From Promethearchaeota archaeon (lineage in GTDB: Archaea > Asgardarchaeota > Lokiarchaeia > Sigyniarchaeales > SOKP01), in assembly GCA_030603385.1 (NCBI GenBank), contig JAUVXW010000006.1:32001-96000 (forward strand): a stretch of DNA of 64,000 nucleotides, read 5' to 3'. Below the pieces are notes generated by a model. The model was not told the origin of the DNA. It made no database searches and worked only from the letters and a program-made list of their open reading frames with translations. Both the position numbers and the translations under genes were made by a program. Shown here piece by piece: positions 10,448 to 21,947 of this stretch. Within the stretch, counting starts at the first letter, position 1. The number at the start of each line of letters is the position of its first letter.

Positions 10448-11677
10448 TTGAAAAAAAGACTTTATTCACTTGATTTTTTTCGAGGAATAGCTATCATTAT
10501 GGTTATTATCTTTCATAGACTTATGTATGATTGGCCAGGTTCAGAATTTTTTTTTACAGATCCAAAGGGATTTCTTAAAATACCTTGGTTTACAGCAATA
10601 ATGTTCTTTGCGGGAATGGGAGGTATTTTTTCATTAATTAGTGGAGTCGTCACAGCATATTCAACTCATAATCGAATAACTTCAGGAAAAGCTAATAAAA
10701 AAATGATTTTATATGCTGGTCTTTTTTCTTTTTTATGGTTAGCATTAGTAGATTATATAAGAAAATTCCTATTTAGCACTAAGAGCTATTTTGAAGGAAA
10801 ATTTTATAATGGGTTAATCACAGGTTCGCTTTTAGAAGGAGAATTAGTCATCCCACATTTGGAATTATTATACTATACGAGCACTTTGATGATAATCGGG
10901 CTTTCTGGATTTGTCGTACCTGTTATAATGATATTACTGTCTCGTAAGGGTGGTCTTGAAAAAGTACGTCGTAATAAAATTATTCTTGGAACTCTTGCGG
11001 GTGTAATACTAATTGCAACCCCATTTTTGTCATTTACGCTCGAGCCAATCGTGGAGGATTTATTTATCAGCCGTAATTATTTAGGAGGTTTTCTTTTGGC
11101 ATTAATCGTTTCTCCATATTTCCCAATTTTCCCCATTATCGCTTATGCACTACTCGGAGGTATATTAGGAATCTCCTTAGCTAGAGATGAAAACAAACGT
11201 AAAATAACCATTTTCTGGTTAGTGTTTGGATTTGCTTTGTTAAGTATTGGAAACTACATTCTATTAACGTTTCTAATTCGTTTCGAGGTCTATAATTATA
11301 ATTTCGTTCGATTTATGCAATTAGGAGTCTATCTTATGATTATTATTATTTTACTAAGATTAATAGATTTCAAGCCAGAAGAAAAACAAGAGAAGATTGT
11401 AAAAAAAGTAAGCCCTATTATCATGTTTGGGAGAGCATCACTAACTATTTTTGTCTTTGAAGCCATTGTTGCAACCATATTTCATGTGATTCTCGATTCT
11501 ATACTGCCTGATTGGAATACAGAAGCTTATGTAGTGTTGATATTTGGTCTTTTCAATCTAGCTTTTTGGTATTTAATATTACACTTCTGGAAGAAGAAAG
11601 ACTTTAAAGGTTCAGTTGAATGGACGGGAGTATATATTATCAGAAAACTCTCTGGAATTGGAAAAAAAGAACCATAA
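10448..11677 (+). CDS. DUF1624 / HGSNAT-like multi-pass membrane acyltransferase
   Basis: RLYSLDFFRGIAIIMVIIFH N-terminal motif, GRASLTIF, G.VEW C-terminus; AGGAGG RBS. Confidence 0.75.
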   Translation: MKKRLYSLDFFRGIAIIMVIIFHRLMYDWPGSEFFFTDPKGFLKIPWFTAIMFFAGMGGIFSLISGVVTAYSTHNRITSGKANKKMILYAGLFSFLWLALVDYIRKFLFSTKSYFEGKFYNGLITGSLLEGELVIPHLELLYYTSTLMIIGLSGFVVPVIMILLSRKGGLEKVRRNKIILGTLAGVILIATPFLSFTLEPIVEDLFISRNYLGGFLLALIVSPYFPIFPIIAYALLGGILGISLARDENKRKITIFWLVFGFALLSIGNYILLTFLIRFEVYNYNFVRFMQLGVYLMIIIILLRLIDFKPEEKQEKIVKKVSPIIMFGRASLTIFVFEAIVATIFHVILDSILPDWNTEAYVVLIFGLFNLAFWYLILHFWKKKDFKGSVEWTGVYIIRKLSGIGKKEP

Positions 11678-11825
11678 AATAATTAATTCAAGTAACTTTT
11701 TCCACTTTTTTTTATATAAAATTTAGATAAACACGCTTAAATTTCTTTAATATAACCCGAAAAATTAAAAACTATTTTTAACTCATATTTAATATTTTAA
11801 TTCTAAAACATTAGGAAATAGCAGA

Positions 11826-12452
11826 ATGTTTTCTATTTGTACCGCCTATATTGAAGATGGAAAATTAGAAGAGACAATAAAACAATATGCTGAGTCAGAG
11901 AAAAAATTTACAGAAGAAATTGGTGTTCTTTTTCGTAAATTCTTTCAATGTCAGATACAACCTCACATTATTTGGTCGATTACAGAATGGGAGTCTGAAA
12001 AAGCTCATCATGATGCAGCTCAATCAATTATGGGAGTTAGGCGAGATGATCGTTTCGCTGCAATAGCTTTTGGTCCTGAGCCTTATTTTGAAATATTCTG
12101 TAATGAAGATGAGTCGCTTACAATTGGAAAGTTTTCAGAAAAATTTCAAATAGTAATTGTTATCCATGGTCTTATTAGCGAAAAAGCCAAAGAGAAATAT
12201 TTGGAAATTAGAAAAGAAAGAATAAGAGAGTATAGAGCACAACTTCAATGGTTAAGTGTTTTTTATAATACCTATAATTCAAATGAGTTTGTAGCATTTA
12301 TGGGATTTAATTCTGAGGAATATTTTAATAAAATTCGAAAAATTGATGATTATTTTTTAGAAGAATATCTATTTACAGGATTAAGAAACACTCTTGGAAT
12401 GTCTTATATAGCTAATTATAATCAATTTATATGTAAACCTATATTATTCTAG
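11826..12452 (+). CDS. Duplicated dimeric alpha/beta-barrel (ABM-like) protein
   Basis: ITEWESEKAHH resembles the ABM xWES.EA motif; two roughly 100-aa halves. Confidence 0.55.
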   Translation: MFSICTAYIEDGKLEETIKQYAESEKKFTEEIGVLFRKFFQCQIQPHIIWSITEWESEKAHHDAAQSIMGVRRDDRFAAIAFGPEPYFEIFCNEDESLTIGKFSEKFQIVIVIHGLISEKAKEKYLEIRKERIREYRAQLQWLSVFYNTYNSNEFVAFMGFNSEEYFNKIRKIDDYFLEEYLFTGLRNTLGMSYIANYNQFICKPILF

Positions 12453-12461
12453 GTAATTATT

Positions 12462-12704
12462 ATGAGACCTCCTATATGCAAAATCTGTGATAAAAACTTA
12501 GAAGAAAAAGATGACGGAGGTTTAATTTATTTTAAAAAACGCCAGTCTGATGTAGAATGGGAGAAAAGGATGGAAGAAATTGGAGGAGTAGGACATCCTC
12601 CCTACGCAGAATGGTTCTGCAAGAAACATTTTAAGAAGGCAAATGAGTTAAGACACTTACCCATTGATGAAGCCTTAAAAAATCTAATGCTTGAAGGGAC
12701 CTAA
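12462..12704 (+). CDS. Small Zn-finger-like protein
   Basis: CKIC...WFCKKH; 3' end overlaps the convergent mvhD by 21 bp. Confidence 0.65.
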   Translation: MRPPICKICDKNLEEKDDGGLIYFKKRQSDVEWEKRMEEIGGVGHPPYAEWFCKKHFKKANELRHLPIDEALKNLMLEGT

Positions 12705-13118
12705 TTCTTTAATTTGGTTTGTAAATTCAGTTATTACTTCAGCAAATCGCTTACCCTCAGAGGCGCTTACCCATTCCAAGCGTACCCGCTTTGGGTTTAT
12801 ACCTAATTGCTTGATTAAAATGGTATGCAATCTTTCGAATCTTTCTTTAGTGTACTCATTTCCAGAAATGTAATGACAATCGCCTATATGACATCCACTA
12901 ACGAGAACTCCATCAGCACCATTCTTTAAAGCTTTAAGAACAAATGAAGGATCTACTCTTCCAGAGCACATGACTCTTATTACTCTAATATTTGGAGGAT
13001 ATTGGAATCGTGAAACCCCTGCCAAATCTGCTCCTGCATAACTACACCAATTGCAACAAAAAACTAAAAGATGGGGTTCAAATCCTTCTTTACTTTCTTT
13101 TGACTTTGATTTAGACAT
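12684..13118 (-). CDS. mvhD: Hydrogenase iron-sulfur subunit MvhD (Cys form)
   Basis: [40 protein letters not shown]. Confidence 0.95.
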   Translation of the reverse strand: MSKSKSKESKEGFEPHLLVFCCNWCSYAGADLAGVSRFQYPPNIRVIRVMCSGRVDPSFVLKALKNGADGVLVSGCHIGDCHYISGNEYTKERFERLHTILIKQLGINPKRVRLEWVSASEGKRFAEVITEFTNQIKELGPFKH

Positions 13119-13136
13119 GATTTTACACCTTAATAA

Positions 13137-16100
13137 TTAATTTTCTACTTCCTCCTTTTCTAATAAATAAGAATCTATCATAGCTGAAATTTGGTCAAAA
13201 TCATAATGTTTTACCATAATTGCTCCAACTGGACATGTAGCCGCGCAAGTTCCGCATCCTTTACATAGTGCTGAATTAATGGTAGATTTTGTAACAATAA
13301 TACTAATATCTTCAAAATCTTTAGTTATTTCTATAAGTTCTATTGCTTTATATGGGCAAATTTCTTCACATTTGCCACATCCTATGCATTTATCCGGGTT
13401 TACTTCAGCTACCAAACCCGAAGTTGTAATCTCCTTCGCGCTTAGAAATCTGCTTGCTCTTCCTGCTGCCCCATTCGCTTGAGAAATTGAATCTTGAATG
13501 TTTTTTGGCCATTGCGCACATCCACATAAGAAGACACCATCAGTGGCAAAATCTAAAGGTCTTAATTTGACATGTGCTTCCAAGAAAAATCCTGTTCTAT
13601 CTAAGGGAACCTTAAGCATCTTTGCTAATTCTTCTAAATTATCTGCAGGCACCATAGGAGTTGCTAAAACAATCATATTCGTGTCATATGCAATTTCATC
13701 CTGCAAATTTGTATCAAACACTTTAATTCCGTATTTTCCTTGACTTTTCTTTTTAACTTCTGGTAGATTCTCTAAATCATATCTTAAGAACATCGCATCT
13801 TTTCTTCTATTTCGATAATATTCTTCAAATTCTTTTTTAGCCATTTGAAGATCCCTGTAAAGTACGACGATTTCTAACTCTGGTCTTAATTGTTTTAAAA
13901 TGCTAATGTTTTTAATTGAAGTCCCGCAACACACATTTGAACAGTAGGTTATTCCTTCTTTTTGTCTTGCATTAGTACATAAAATAAATGTTACTCGATT
14001 AACTTTATCAAGCCACGACTTGTCTGAATTTTGAAGTTTTTGTTCTAGTTCTAATTGAGTAATTACATCGTTGTTTTTATTTCCATATTGAAATAATCCA
14101 TGCGGTTTGAATTCTTGAGCTCCAGTGGCCACAATAATAGTCCCAATTTTCAATTCTTTGAGGTCTTTTCCAGAATTGCTAATTGAAACCTCATAATTTC
14201 CAACAAAACCAATAATTGAGTTTATTTTTGACTTTAGTAAGACTTCAATATTCTTATGGTTCTTAGTTTTTTCTGTAATTTCTTTTAAGAAGATTGAAGC
14301 ATCCTCTTGAATAGGATATAATATATTTAAGTTATTTAGATTCCCACCCAATTTTTCTTCTTTTTCAACTAGATAAGTTTTAAACCCTTGATCTGCTAAA
14401 TTTAAGGCTGCGGTCATACCTGAAACACCACCACCTATTATTAAGCCTGTTGGCGTGATTTCCAGTTTTTCTTCTGGTTGTGGTTTGATCAGTCGAGCTT
14501 TCGCTACTGCCATTCTCAATAAATCCTTGGACTTTTCTGTAGCAGCCTCCTTCTCCGTCATATGAACCCATGAGCATTGGTCGCGAATATTAACCATCTC
14601 GAATAAATACTTGTTCATTCCTGCTTCTTGACAAGTTTCCTGAAATAATGGTTCATGAGTTCGAGGTGTACATGATGCTACTATAAATCTATTCAAATCT
14701 TTTTCTAGAATCAATTCTTTAATTCTTTCTTGAGAATCAGGACTACAAGAATATAAATTATCTTCACAATGTACTACATTTGGTAATGTCTTGATATAAT
14801 CTCTTACTTCAGGGACATCCACATATTTGCCTATATTAATCCCACAATGACAAATTAATACGCCAATTCTTGGTTCATCAGTGATCTTAACTTCTCTTTC
14901 AGCTATATCAAACACTTTATCTTTTACTTCAGTGAATTTTACAGTATTTAGTAAAGTTGCTACTTGGGAAGCTACCCCACTAGCATCTGCTACAGTTTCT
15001 GGTATATCCATAGGGCCTTGAGCAAATCCACATAAGAAAATACCCTCTTTTGAAGATAAAGACTTATTAAAATAAGATTTTTCTTTATAGAAATCATAAT
15101 GATCTAATTCAATATTTAGAATCTTCGATAAACCATGAGTACCCTTTGATGGTACTAATGGGGTAGCTAATACTACTAAATTAGCTCTGAAATCTTTAAA
15201 TTCTCCAGTTTTTAAATCTTCATAATGAATAATTAAATCATTTGTCTCAGGATCTTCTCCAATTGTGCTTATCTTTGTTTGGAAATATTTTACACCATAT
15301 TCATCTTGAGCTCTCTGGGTAAATTCATAGAAATTTTTACCATAGGCCCGTATATCATGTCTAAATACAAAACATTGAGAGTGTTCAGAATGTTCTTTCG
15401 TTATTATAGCCTCTTTAGCCGTGTACATACAGCAAACTGATGAACAATATGGGACATTTTCATGTAAATCTCTTGATCCTGCACATTGAATAAATGCTAT
15501 TATTTCGGGTTCTTTTTCATCGCTTGGGCGCAAAACATGCCCTCCAAATGGACCACTTGCACAAAGAATTCGTTCGTATTCAAGTGCATTTACAACATTT
15601 TGGTGATGATACCCCCATCGAGAAGATAATTCTTCTGCAAACATTTCAAACCCAGTTGCGACGACAATTGCACCAACTTTAATTTCAATATCTTGAGGTT
15701 GTTGTTCATAATCTATCGCTTCTGCTTCGCATACTTTTTCACAGACTCCACATACCCCTTTAGTGAACTTTAAACACAACTCAGGGTCGATTAAATAAAT
15801 CGGGGGCACAGCTTGGGGAAAGGGAATATATACTGATTTTCTTTTTCCTAAATTCATATCGAAAATATTTCCGACTTCAATTTTGGGACATTTCGTAGCA
15901 CAGTCTCCACATCCCTTACACTTCGTTTCATCAATATACCGAGGTTTTTTTAAAACTGTGACTGTGAAATCTCCTGGTTCTCCTTCAACTTTTTTGACCT
16001 CATGATAGGCCATTAATTCTATATTAGGATTTCGGAATACTTCAACCATTTTTGGTGCTAATATACAGAGAGAACAATCATTTGTAGGAAAAGTTTTATC

Positions 16101-16232
16101 TAATTGAGCCATTCTCCCACCTATTGACGGTGTCTTTTCCACTAAATAAACTTTAAGACCTAATTCAGTAAGATCTAATGAAGTTTGAATTCCGGCAATC
16201 CCCCCACCAATTACTAAAACTGAACCTTCCAT
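13137..16232 (-). CDS. hdrA: Large HdrA-family flavoprotein (two FAD domains, ferredoxin domains)
   Basis: GGGIAG, DKTFPTNDCSLC, CAGSR, YCSSVCC, internal CHCGINI, second GGGVSG, C-terminal 2x[4Fe-4S]. Confidence 0.93.
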   Translation of the reverse strand: MEGSVLVIGGGIAGIQTSLDLTELGLKVYLVEKTPSIGGRMAQLDKTFPTNDCSLCILAPKMVEVFRNPNIELMAYHEVKKVEGEPGDFTVTVLKKPRYIDETKCKGCGDCATKCPKIEVGNIFDMNLGKRKSVYIPFPQAVPPIYLIDPELCLKFTKGVCGVCEKVCEAEAIDYEQQPQDIEIKVGAIVVATGFEMFAEELSSRWGYHHQNVVNALEYERILCASGPFGGHVLRPSDEKEPEIIAFIQCAGSRDLHENVPYCSSVCCMYTAKEAIITKEHSEHSQCFVFRHDIRAYGKNFYEFTQRAQDEYGVKYFQTKISTIGEDPETNDLIIHYEDLKTGEFKDFRANLVVLATPLVPSKGTHGLSKILNIELDHYDFYKEKSYFNKSLSSKEGIFLCGFAQGPMDIPETVADASGVASQVATLLNTVKFTEVKDKVFDIAEREVKITDEPRIGVLICHCGINIGKYVDVPEVRDYIKTLPNVVHCEDNLYSCSPDSQERIKELILEKDLNRFIVASCTPRTHEPLFQETCQEAGMNKYLFEMVNIRDQCSWVHMTEKEAATEKSKDLLRMAVAKARLIKPQPEEKLEITPTGLIIGGGVSGMTAALNLADQGFKTYLVEKEEKLGGNLNNLNILYPIQEDASIFLKEITEKTKNHKNIEVLLKSKINSIIGFVGNYEVSISNSGKDLKELKIGTIIVATGAQEFKPHGLFQYGNKNNDVITQLELEQKLQNSDKSWLDKVNRVTFILCTNARQKEGITYCSNVCCGTSIKNISILKQLRPELEIVVLYRDLQMAKKEFEEYYRNRRKDAMFLRYDLENLPEVKKKSQGKYGIKVFDTNLQDEIAYDTNMIVLATPMVPADNLEELAKMLKVPLDRTGFFLEAHVKLRPLDFATDGVFLCGCAQWPKNIQDSISQANGAAGRASRFLSAKEITTSGLVAEVNPDKCIGCGKCEEICPYKAIELIEITKDFEDISIIVTKSTINSALCKGCGTCAATCPVGAIMVKHYDFDQISAMIDSYLLEKEEVEN

Positions 16233-17530
16233 TATTCCTTTTCCTCCAGTGTCTTAATGGGATCTATTATATTTATTAAATCTACTAAAAACTCAGAAAA
16301 ATCCAATATTTCTATTGAGGAAATATCTTCATAATCATTTTGTAAACATGATAAATGAATTTTACATTTTGGGCATGATGTAATCATTATTTCCCCTACA
16401 TCTTTTGCTTCTAGCATTCTTTTATACCGTAAAGCTTTTGATCGCTCATTACAATTCATCCAAGAACTTACGCCACAACATAATGAATCTGATTTATTAT
16501 GTGCCATTTCTTTAAACTCATATCCTATTTCTTTTAAATGAGTAAAAATTTTGCGTACATTTTCTATTATATTACTATCTTTAGGCAAAAATCTACTCAA
16601 TCGGCACGGATCATGATAAGTAAATTTTATTTTTTCTTCTGATTCATTTGGATTTTTAAATTCAATCTTTTTATTTTGCCATTTTTCATAGATATATTCA
16701 ATTAAATGCTTTACTTGAAATTTATCTTTGAAATCTTCAAATAGATTTTGATAATCTACTTTTAACGTTCTATAACATTCTGCACAAGCAGTGATAATTG
16801 TTGTAGCTCCTGTTTCTTCAATTCTCTGAACATTCTTTTTTGCTAAATCAATAAAAGCATTAAGTTTTCCTTGGCCCCAATACAAATCATGTCCGCAACA
16901 AATTTCGTCTTTAAGAACTACAATCGGTTCTTTTTCAATTTGACATAGAATTTTCAAAGTACTTTCTGCTATAGAATCTGAATTTTCGAACTCAAAATTA
17001 AAGTATGGTAAACATCCAACATAATATAGAATATTTCCCTGATTTGACGTTTTACATTCTTTAGGAACCCATTCAAGAGATCTTTCTGGCTTTATATGTG
17101 GTTCACTCATAATTTCTGAGATGGTTGTATATACACCTTTATGAGCTATATACTCATCAGGATTTTGGCCATTAGAAGTTCTCATTTTATACTTTGCCAT
17201 TCTTACAATATCTGCGAAATTTATTCCCTCAGGACAATTCTGAAGACAGGTATTACATGTAAGACAATCCCACAAAATACCACTATCAATAATTTTATCT
17301 TCAAAACCCTCTAAAATCATTTGGATTATTCTACTTGGTTCAAAGCTTTGAACCCGACTGAGTTGGCATACACCACTACAACGAACACATTGATAACACC
17401 GATATAATAATTTTCTTATATTCGGTTCATAAATTTTTTCAAGATAAGAACTATTATCGCTGCTAGGTTCTTTTGAATCATCTACTTTCTCAATCTCAGT
17501 AATAACATTCACTTTTTTCAGTTTATTCAA
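16232..17530 (-). CDS. HdrD-like (Fe-S)-binding oxidoreductase (HdrC-like N-terminus plus two CCG domains)
   Basis: CYQCVRCSGVC, CLTCNTCLQNCP, CCG x2, YHDPC; start uncertain (TTG). Confidence 0.85.
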   Translation of the reverse strand: MNKLKKVNVITEIEKVDDSKEPSSDNSSYLEKIYEPNIRKLLYRCYQCVRCSGVCQLSRVQSFEPSRIIQMILEGFEDKIIDSGILWDCLTCNTCLQNCPEGINFADIVRMAKYKMRTSNGQNPDEYIAHKGVYTTISEIMSEPHIKPERSLEWVPKECKTSNQGNILYYVGCLPYFNFEFENSDSIAESTLKILCQIEKEPIVVLKDEICCGHDLYWGQGKLNAFIDLAKKNVQRIEETGATTIITACAECYRTLKVDYQNLFEDFKDKFQVKHLIEYIYEKWQNKKIEFKNPNESEEKIKFTYHDPCRLSRFLPKDSNIIENVRKIFTHLKEIGYEFKEMAHNKSDSLCCGVSSWMNCNERSKALRYKRMLEAKDVGEIMITSCPKCKIHLSCLQNDYEDISSIEILDFSEFLVDLINIIDPIKTLEEKE

Positions 17531-17673
17531 GACTTAATAATTTGAACCTATATTGCATAGAAAAAAAATGGAAACCATTTATTTTTTCTGATTAGTTTTC
17601 ATAACTCTATTGTCAAACAAGAAAGAATATAGATGAAAAATTAGGATTTCTTTTTTCTTTCTTTAATCAAATT

Positions 17674-20600
17674 TTAAATTATTAGTTCCCTTATTATAGC
17701 ATTAATTTGCTCAAAATCGTAATGTTTTACAGAGATTGCCCCGACTGGACAATTTGCAGCACAAGTTCCGCACCCTTTACATAAATTTGGATTGATGGAA
17801 GATTTATTTATTATTAAACTCACATCTTCAAATTCCTTCATTGTATTCGTAAGTTCTACAGCATTATAAGCACAGGCTTCCTCACAAGTTCCACATCCAA
17901 TACACATATCCTGATCCACTTCTGCTACCAAACCAGATGTTGTAATTTCTTTTGCACTTAAAAATCTACTTGCTCTTCCAGCAGCACCATTTGCTTGTGA
18001 TATTGAATCTTGAATATTTTTTGGCCACTGAGCACATCCACATAAGAAAATTCCATCTGTGGCAAAATCTAATGGTCTTAGTTTAACATGAGCCTCTAAG
18101 AAAAAACCGTTTTTGTCTAAAGGAACCTTGAGCATCTTCGCCAGGTCTTCTAAATTACCAGCTGGGATCATAGGAGTTGATAATACTATTAAATCTGTCT
18201 CAAATTTGATATAATCTTGTAAATTAGTATCGAATACTTTAATTTCATACTTTTCTGATTCGCCACTCTTATTACTAATTAATGGTGGTTCATCTAAATC
18301 ATATCTTAAGAAAATCGCATCTTTTCTTCGATCACGATAATATTCCTCAAATTCTTTCTTTGCCATTTGAAGATCTCTATAAAGAACTATTAATTCGAGG
18401 TCATTTTTCAATTCTTTTAGAACATTAATGTTTTTAATAGCAGTTCCACAACAAATATTGGAACAGTATGTAATGCCTTCTTTTTGTCTTGCGTTGACAC
18501 ATAACAGTGTGGTAATACGATTAATTTTATCAAGCCAAGACACATTTTCACTTTTCAATTTCTGTTCTAGTTCTAATTGTGTAATTACGTTGTGGTTCTT
18601 GAAAGAGTATTGAAATACATCCTTAGGTTTTAGTTCTTGACCTCCAGTTGCAACAATAATAGTACCAATTTTTAGATCGTGGATCTCATTTTCTGAATCG
18701 ATAACAGTAACATTATAATTTCCAAGATAACCCTTAACATCTTTCATTTGAGAGCTTAGGAAAAGTTGAATATTTACATTTTTCATAACCTTTTCTATGA
18801 TTTCATTTAGTAAGATTGAGGCATCTTCTTGAGTCGGATATAAAACATTTAGGTATCTGAGATTTCCACCTAAAAATTTCTCTTTTTCTACAAGATAAAC
18901 CATGAATCCTTGGTTGGCAATATTTAAAGCAGCACTCATTCCAGATACACCGCCACCAATTACCAAAGCAGTTTGAGTGATTTGCAGTTTTTCCTCTGTT
19001 TGCGGTCTTAATAACCTCGACTTTGCAACTCCCATTCTTATTAGAACCTTAGCTTTTTCGGTAGCTTTTTCTTTTTCTGTCATATGAACCCAAGAACACT
19101 GATCACGTATATTAACCATCTCAAAAAGATATTTATTTAGTCCTGCTTCTTGACATGTTTCTTGAAATAGGGATTCATGTGTTCGCGGTGTACAAGATGC
19201 TACAATAAATCTATTTAAGTTATATTCATCAATTACTTCCTTAATTCGTTGCTGAGAATCAGAACTACAAGAATAGAGGTTATCTTCACAAAAAACCACA
19301 TTAGGCAAGTTCTTTATATGTTCTATAACCTCAGGAATATCAATATATTTCCCAATATTAATCCCACAATGACAAATAAGTACACCAATTCTCGGATCAT
19401 CTGTTATTTTTACTTCTTTCTCGGGAATCTCAAATATCTTTTCTTTAACTTCTGTAAATTTGGAAGAATTTAGTAAAGTTGCTATTTGGGAAGCCACTCC
19501 ACTAGCATCAGCGACAGTCTCTGGTATATCCATTGGACCTTGACAAAATCCAGCTAAAAAGATACCCTCTCTTGAAGATAAAGATTTATTAAAATAAGTT
19601 TTTTCTTTGTAAAAGTTATATTCATCTACTTCAATATTTAAAACTTCAGCTAATTTCCTAGTTCCATTTGAAGGGACTAACGGTGTAGCCAATACTACTA
19701 AATTTGTTTTAAAATCCTTAAATTCTCCAGTTTTTAGGTCTTCATAATGAATAATTAAATCATTTGTTTCTGGATCTTCTATGATCTTATTAACTTTAGT
19801 CTGAAAATATTTTACTCCATATTCTTCTTGAGCCCTTTGAGTAAATTCATAGAAGTTTTTTCCAAATGCTCTAATATCATGTCTAAATATAAAACAACTT
19901 GAGTTTTCAGAGTGCTCCTTTGTAATAATTGCCTCTTTTGCTGTATACATACAGCATACACTCGAACAATAAGGAATTCCTTCATGTAAATCTCTTGAGC
20001 CCGCACATTGGATAAATGCTATTATTTCTGGTTCTTTCTCATCACTTGGTCGGAGAATATGACCTCCAAACGGACCGGATGCAGATAACATTCTTTCATA
20101 TTCTAAAGCATTGACTACATTCTTATAATTATAACCCCATCTTGAGGATAACGCCTCTCCAAGCATATCATAACCAGTCGCCACAACAATAGCTCCTACA
20201 TTTAATTCAATTTCTAGGGGTTTCTGCTCAAAATCTATTGCTTCAGCTTCACATGTTTTTTTACAAACTCCACAAACTCCTTTATTTAAAAATAAACACA
20301 TATCAGGATCGATTAGATATATGGGGGGGACGGCTTGAGGAAAGGGGATATAAACTGATTTTCTCTTACCTAAGTTCATGTCAAATATATTAGGAGTTTC
20401 GATCTTTGGACATTTGGTAGCACAATCCCCACAACCTTTACATTTAGTCTCATCAACATAACGAGGTTTCTTAAGAATGGTGACCTTAAAATTTCCAGGT
20501 TTTCCAGATACTCTTTGGACTTCATGATATGTCATTAACTCTATATTAGGATTTCTGAATACTTCTACCATTTTAGGTGCGAGAATACAAAGGCTACAAT

Positions 20601-20754
20601 CATTAGTAGGGAAGGTTTTATCAAGTTGAGCCATTCTACCTCCAATTGAAGGTGTTTTTTCCACTAAATATACTTTAAAACCTAATTCAGTTAAATCTAA
20701 AGAAGTTTGTATTCCTGCAATCCCCCCTCCAATAACTAATACGGAACCCTCCAT
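17674..20754 (-). CDS. hdrA: Large HdrA-family flavoprotein
   Basis: Same motif set and close paralogy to 13137..16232. Confidence 0.93.
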   Translation of the reverse strand: MEGSVLVIGGGIAGIQTSLDLTELGFKVYLVEKTPSIGGRMAQLDKTFPTNDCSLCILAPKMVEVFRNPNIELMTYHEVQRVSGKPGNFKVTILKKPRYVDETKCKGCGDCATKCPKIETPNIFDMNLGKRKSVYIPFPQAVPPIYLIDPDMCLFLNKGVCGVCKKTCEAEAIDFEQKPLEIELNVGAIVVATGYDMLGEALSSRWGYNYKNVVNALEYERMLSASGPFGGHILRPSDEKEPEIIAFIQCAGSRDLHEGIPYCSSVCCMYTAKEAIITKEHSENSSCFIFRHDIRAFGKNFYEFTQRAQEEYGVKYFQTKVNKIIEDPETNDLIIHYEDLKTGEFKDFKTNLVVLATPLVPSNGTRKLAEVLNIEVDEYNFYKEKTYFNKSLSSREGIFLAGFCQGPMDIPETVADASGVASQIATLLNSSKFTEVKEKIFEIPEKEVKITDDPRIGVLICHCGINIGKYIDIPEVIEHIKNLPNVVFCEDNLYSCSSDSQQRIKEVIDEYNLNRFIVASCTPRTHESLFQETCQEAGLNKYLFEMVNIRDQCSWVHMTEKEKATEKAKVLIRMGVAKSRLLRPQTEEKLQITQTALVIGGGVSGMSAALNIANQGFMVYLVEKEKFLGGNLRYLNVLYPTQEDASILLNEIIEKVMKNVNIQLFLSSQMKDVKGYLGNYNVTVIDSENEIHDLKIGTIIVATGGQELKPKDVFQYSFKNHNVITQLELEQKLKSENVSWLDKINRITTLLCVNARQKEGITYCSNICCGTAIKNINVLKELKNDLELIVLYRDLQMAKKEFEEYYRDRRKDAIFLRYDLDEPPLISNKSGESEKYEIKVFDTNLQDYIKFETDLIVLSTPMIPAGNLEDLAKMLKVPLDKNGFFLEAHVKLRPLDFATDGIFLCGCAQWPKNIQDSISQANGAAGRASRFLSAKEITTSGLVAEVDQDMCIGCGTCEEACAYNAVELTNTMKEFEDVSLIINKSSINPNLCKGCGTCAANCPVGAISVKHYDFEQINAIIRELII

Positions 20755-21480
20755 TATTTAACACTTCATAAATATATTTTCAAATCTTTTTCAACTGAAT
20801 TAAAAAAAAAGAAATTTAATTATATAAACATTATTATGTAAAATTATCAGTTTTCGACATAAATCACTTTGAAATGATCGAGTCCAATTATGAAATCCGT
20901 TTTATTTATTGAAATCATGCAATCAGATTATGAAATACTGCTCATTCTCGACATTATGGATGATTAGGGACAAATTTGACTTTTTCAATTATCAATACCG
21001 TACATTATGATCAATAGAGAAAATGATACTCATTGAGAATAACCTTTCTGAACACGAAACCTGAGATAATGATCCACCTCAGACAATTTTATTTTTCTCA
21101 GGATAATTACCACAAATTTATACAAAAATCTCAACTAAATTTCTTTTAAGACTCTTTTTTTCGTTTACAAAAGTTTCTTTTACTTGAATTTAAATTCGAG
21201 TGATTTTTTATAAATTTATTGTTTTATAGTTAATTTAAACAGCATTATTGATTCTGGTTTCAATTTGCTACTATATATCCATTAAAAGTTTAAGTTTGAA
21301 AATTTGTCAATCAGCAAATTTTGCTTTTTCATAATTTTTAGTAGTAAAGGTCAGACTTTTTTTCACTAAATTTTCATTGAAATCAGACTCTGAATTTACC
21401 ATTTCATACATATCTTTAGAGATGGATAAAACTATATAATTTAGAGTTAATAAGAAAAAAATTTGTAATTTTTTTAATCA

Positions 21481-21912
21481 TTAAATTGCGAGTAATGGGC
21501 CTAGTTTTTTAATTTGATTAGTAAATTCAGTGATAACTTCAGCAAATCGTTTACCTTCAGAGGCACTTACCCATTCAAGTCTAAATCTCTTATCAAGGTT
21601 AAATAATTTTAGAGTTTCTCGAAAACGTTCAAATCTTTCTTTTGCAAATTCATTTCCTTTTAGATAATGACAATCACCAATATGACATCCTGTCACAATA
21701 ACTCCATCAATACCGTCTTTAAATGCCTCTAAAATGAAAGCTGGGTCTACTCTGCCAGAACACATCACTCTTACTATTTTTATGGTTGGGGGATATTGAA
21801 AACGTGATACTCCAGCTAAATCTGCTCCGGCATAACTACACCAATTACAGCAAAAACATAAAATGTTGGGGGTAAATTCTACATTTTTTCCTTTTTTTTC
21901 TTGACTTATCAA
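21481..21912 (-). CDS. mvhD: MvhD (Cys form)
   Basis: [30 protein letters not shown]; TTG start after GAGGA. Confidence 0.93.
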   Translation of the reverse strand: MISQEKKGKNVEFTPNILCFCCNWCSYAGADLAGVSRFQYPPTIKIVRVMCSGRVDPAFILEAFKDGIDGVIVTGCHIGDCHYLKGNEFAKERFERFRETLKLFNLDKRFRLEWVSASEGKRFAEVITEFTNQIKKLGPLLAI

Positions 21913-21947
21913 TATTCCTCAGTTTTTTCATTTATTATAATTTAATA

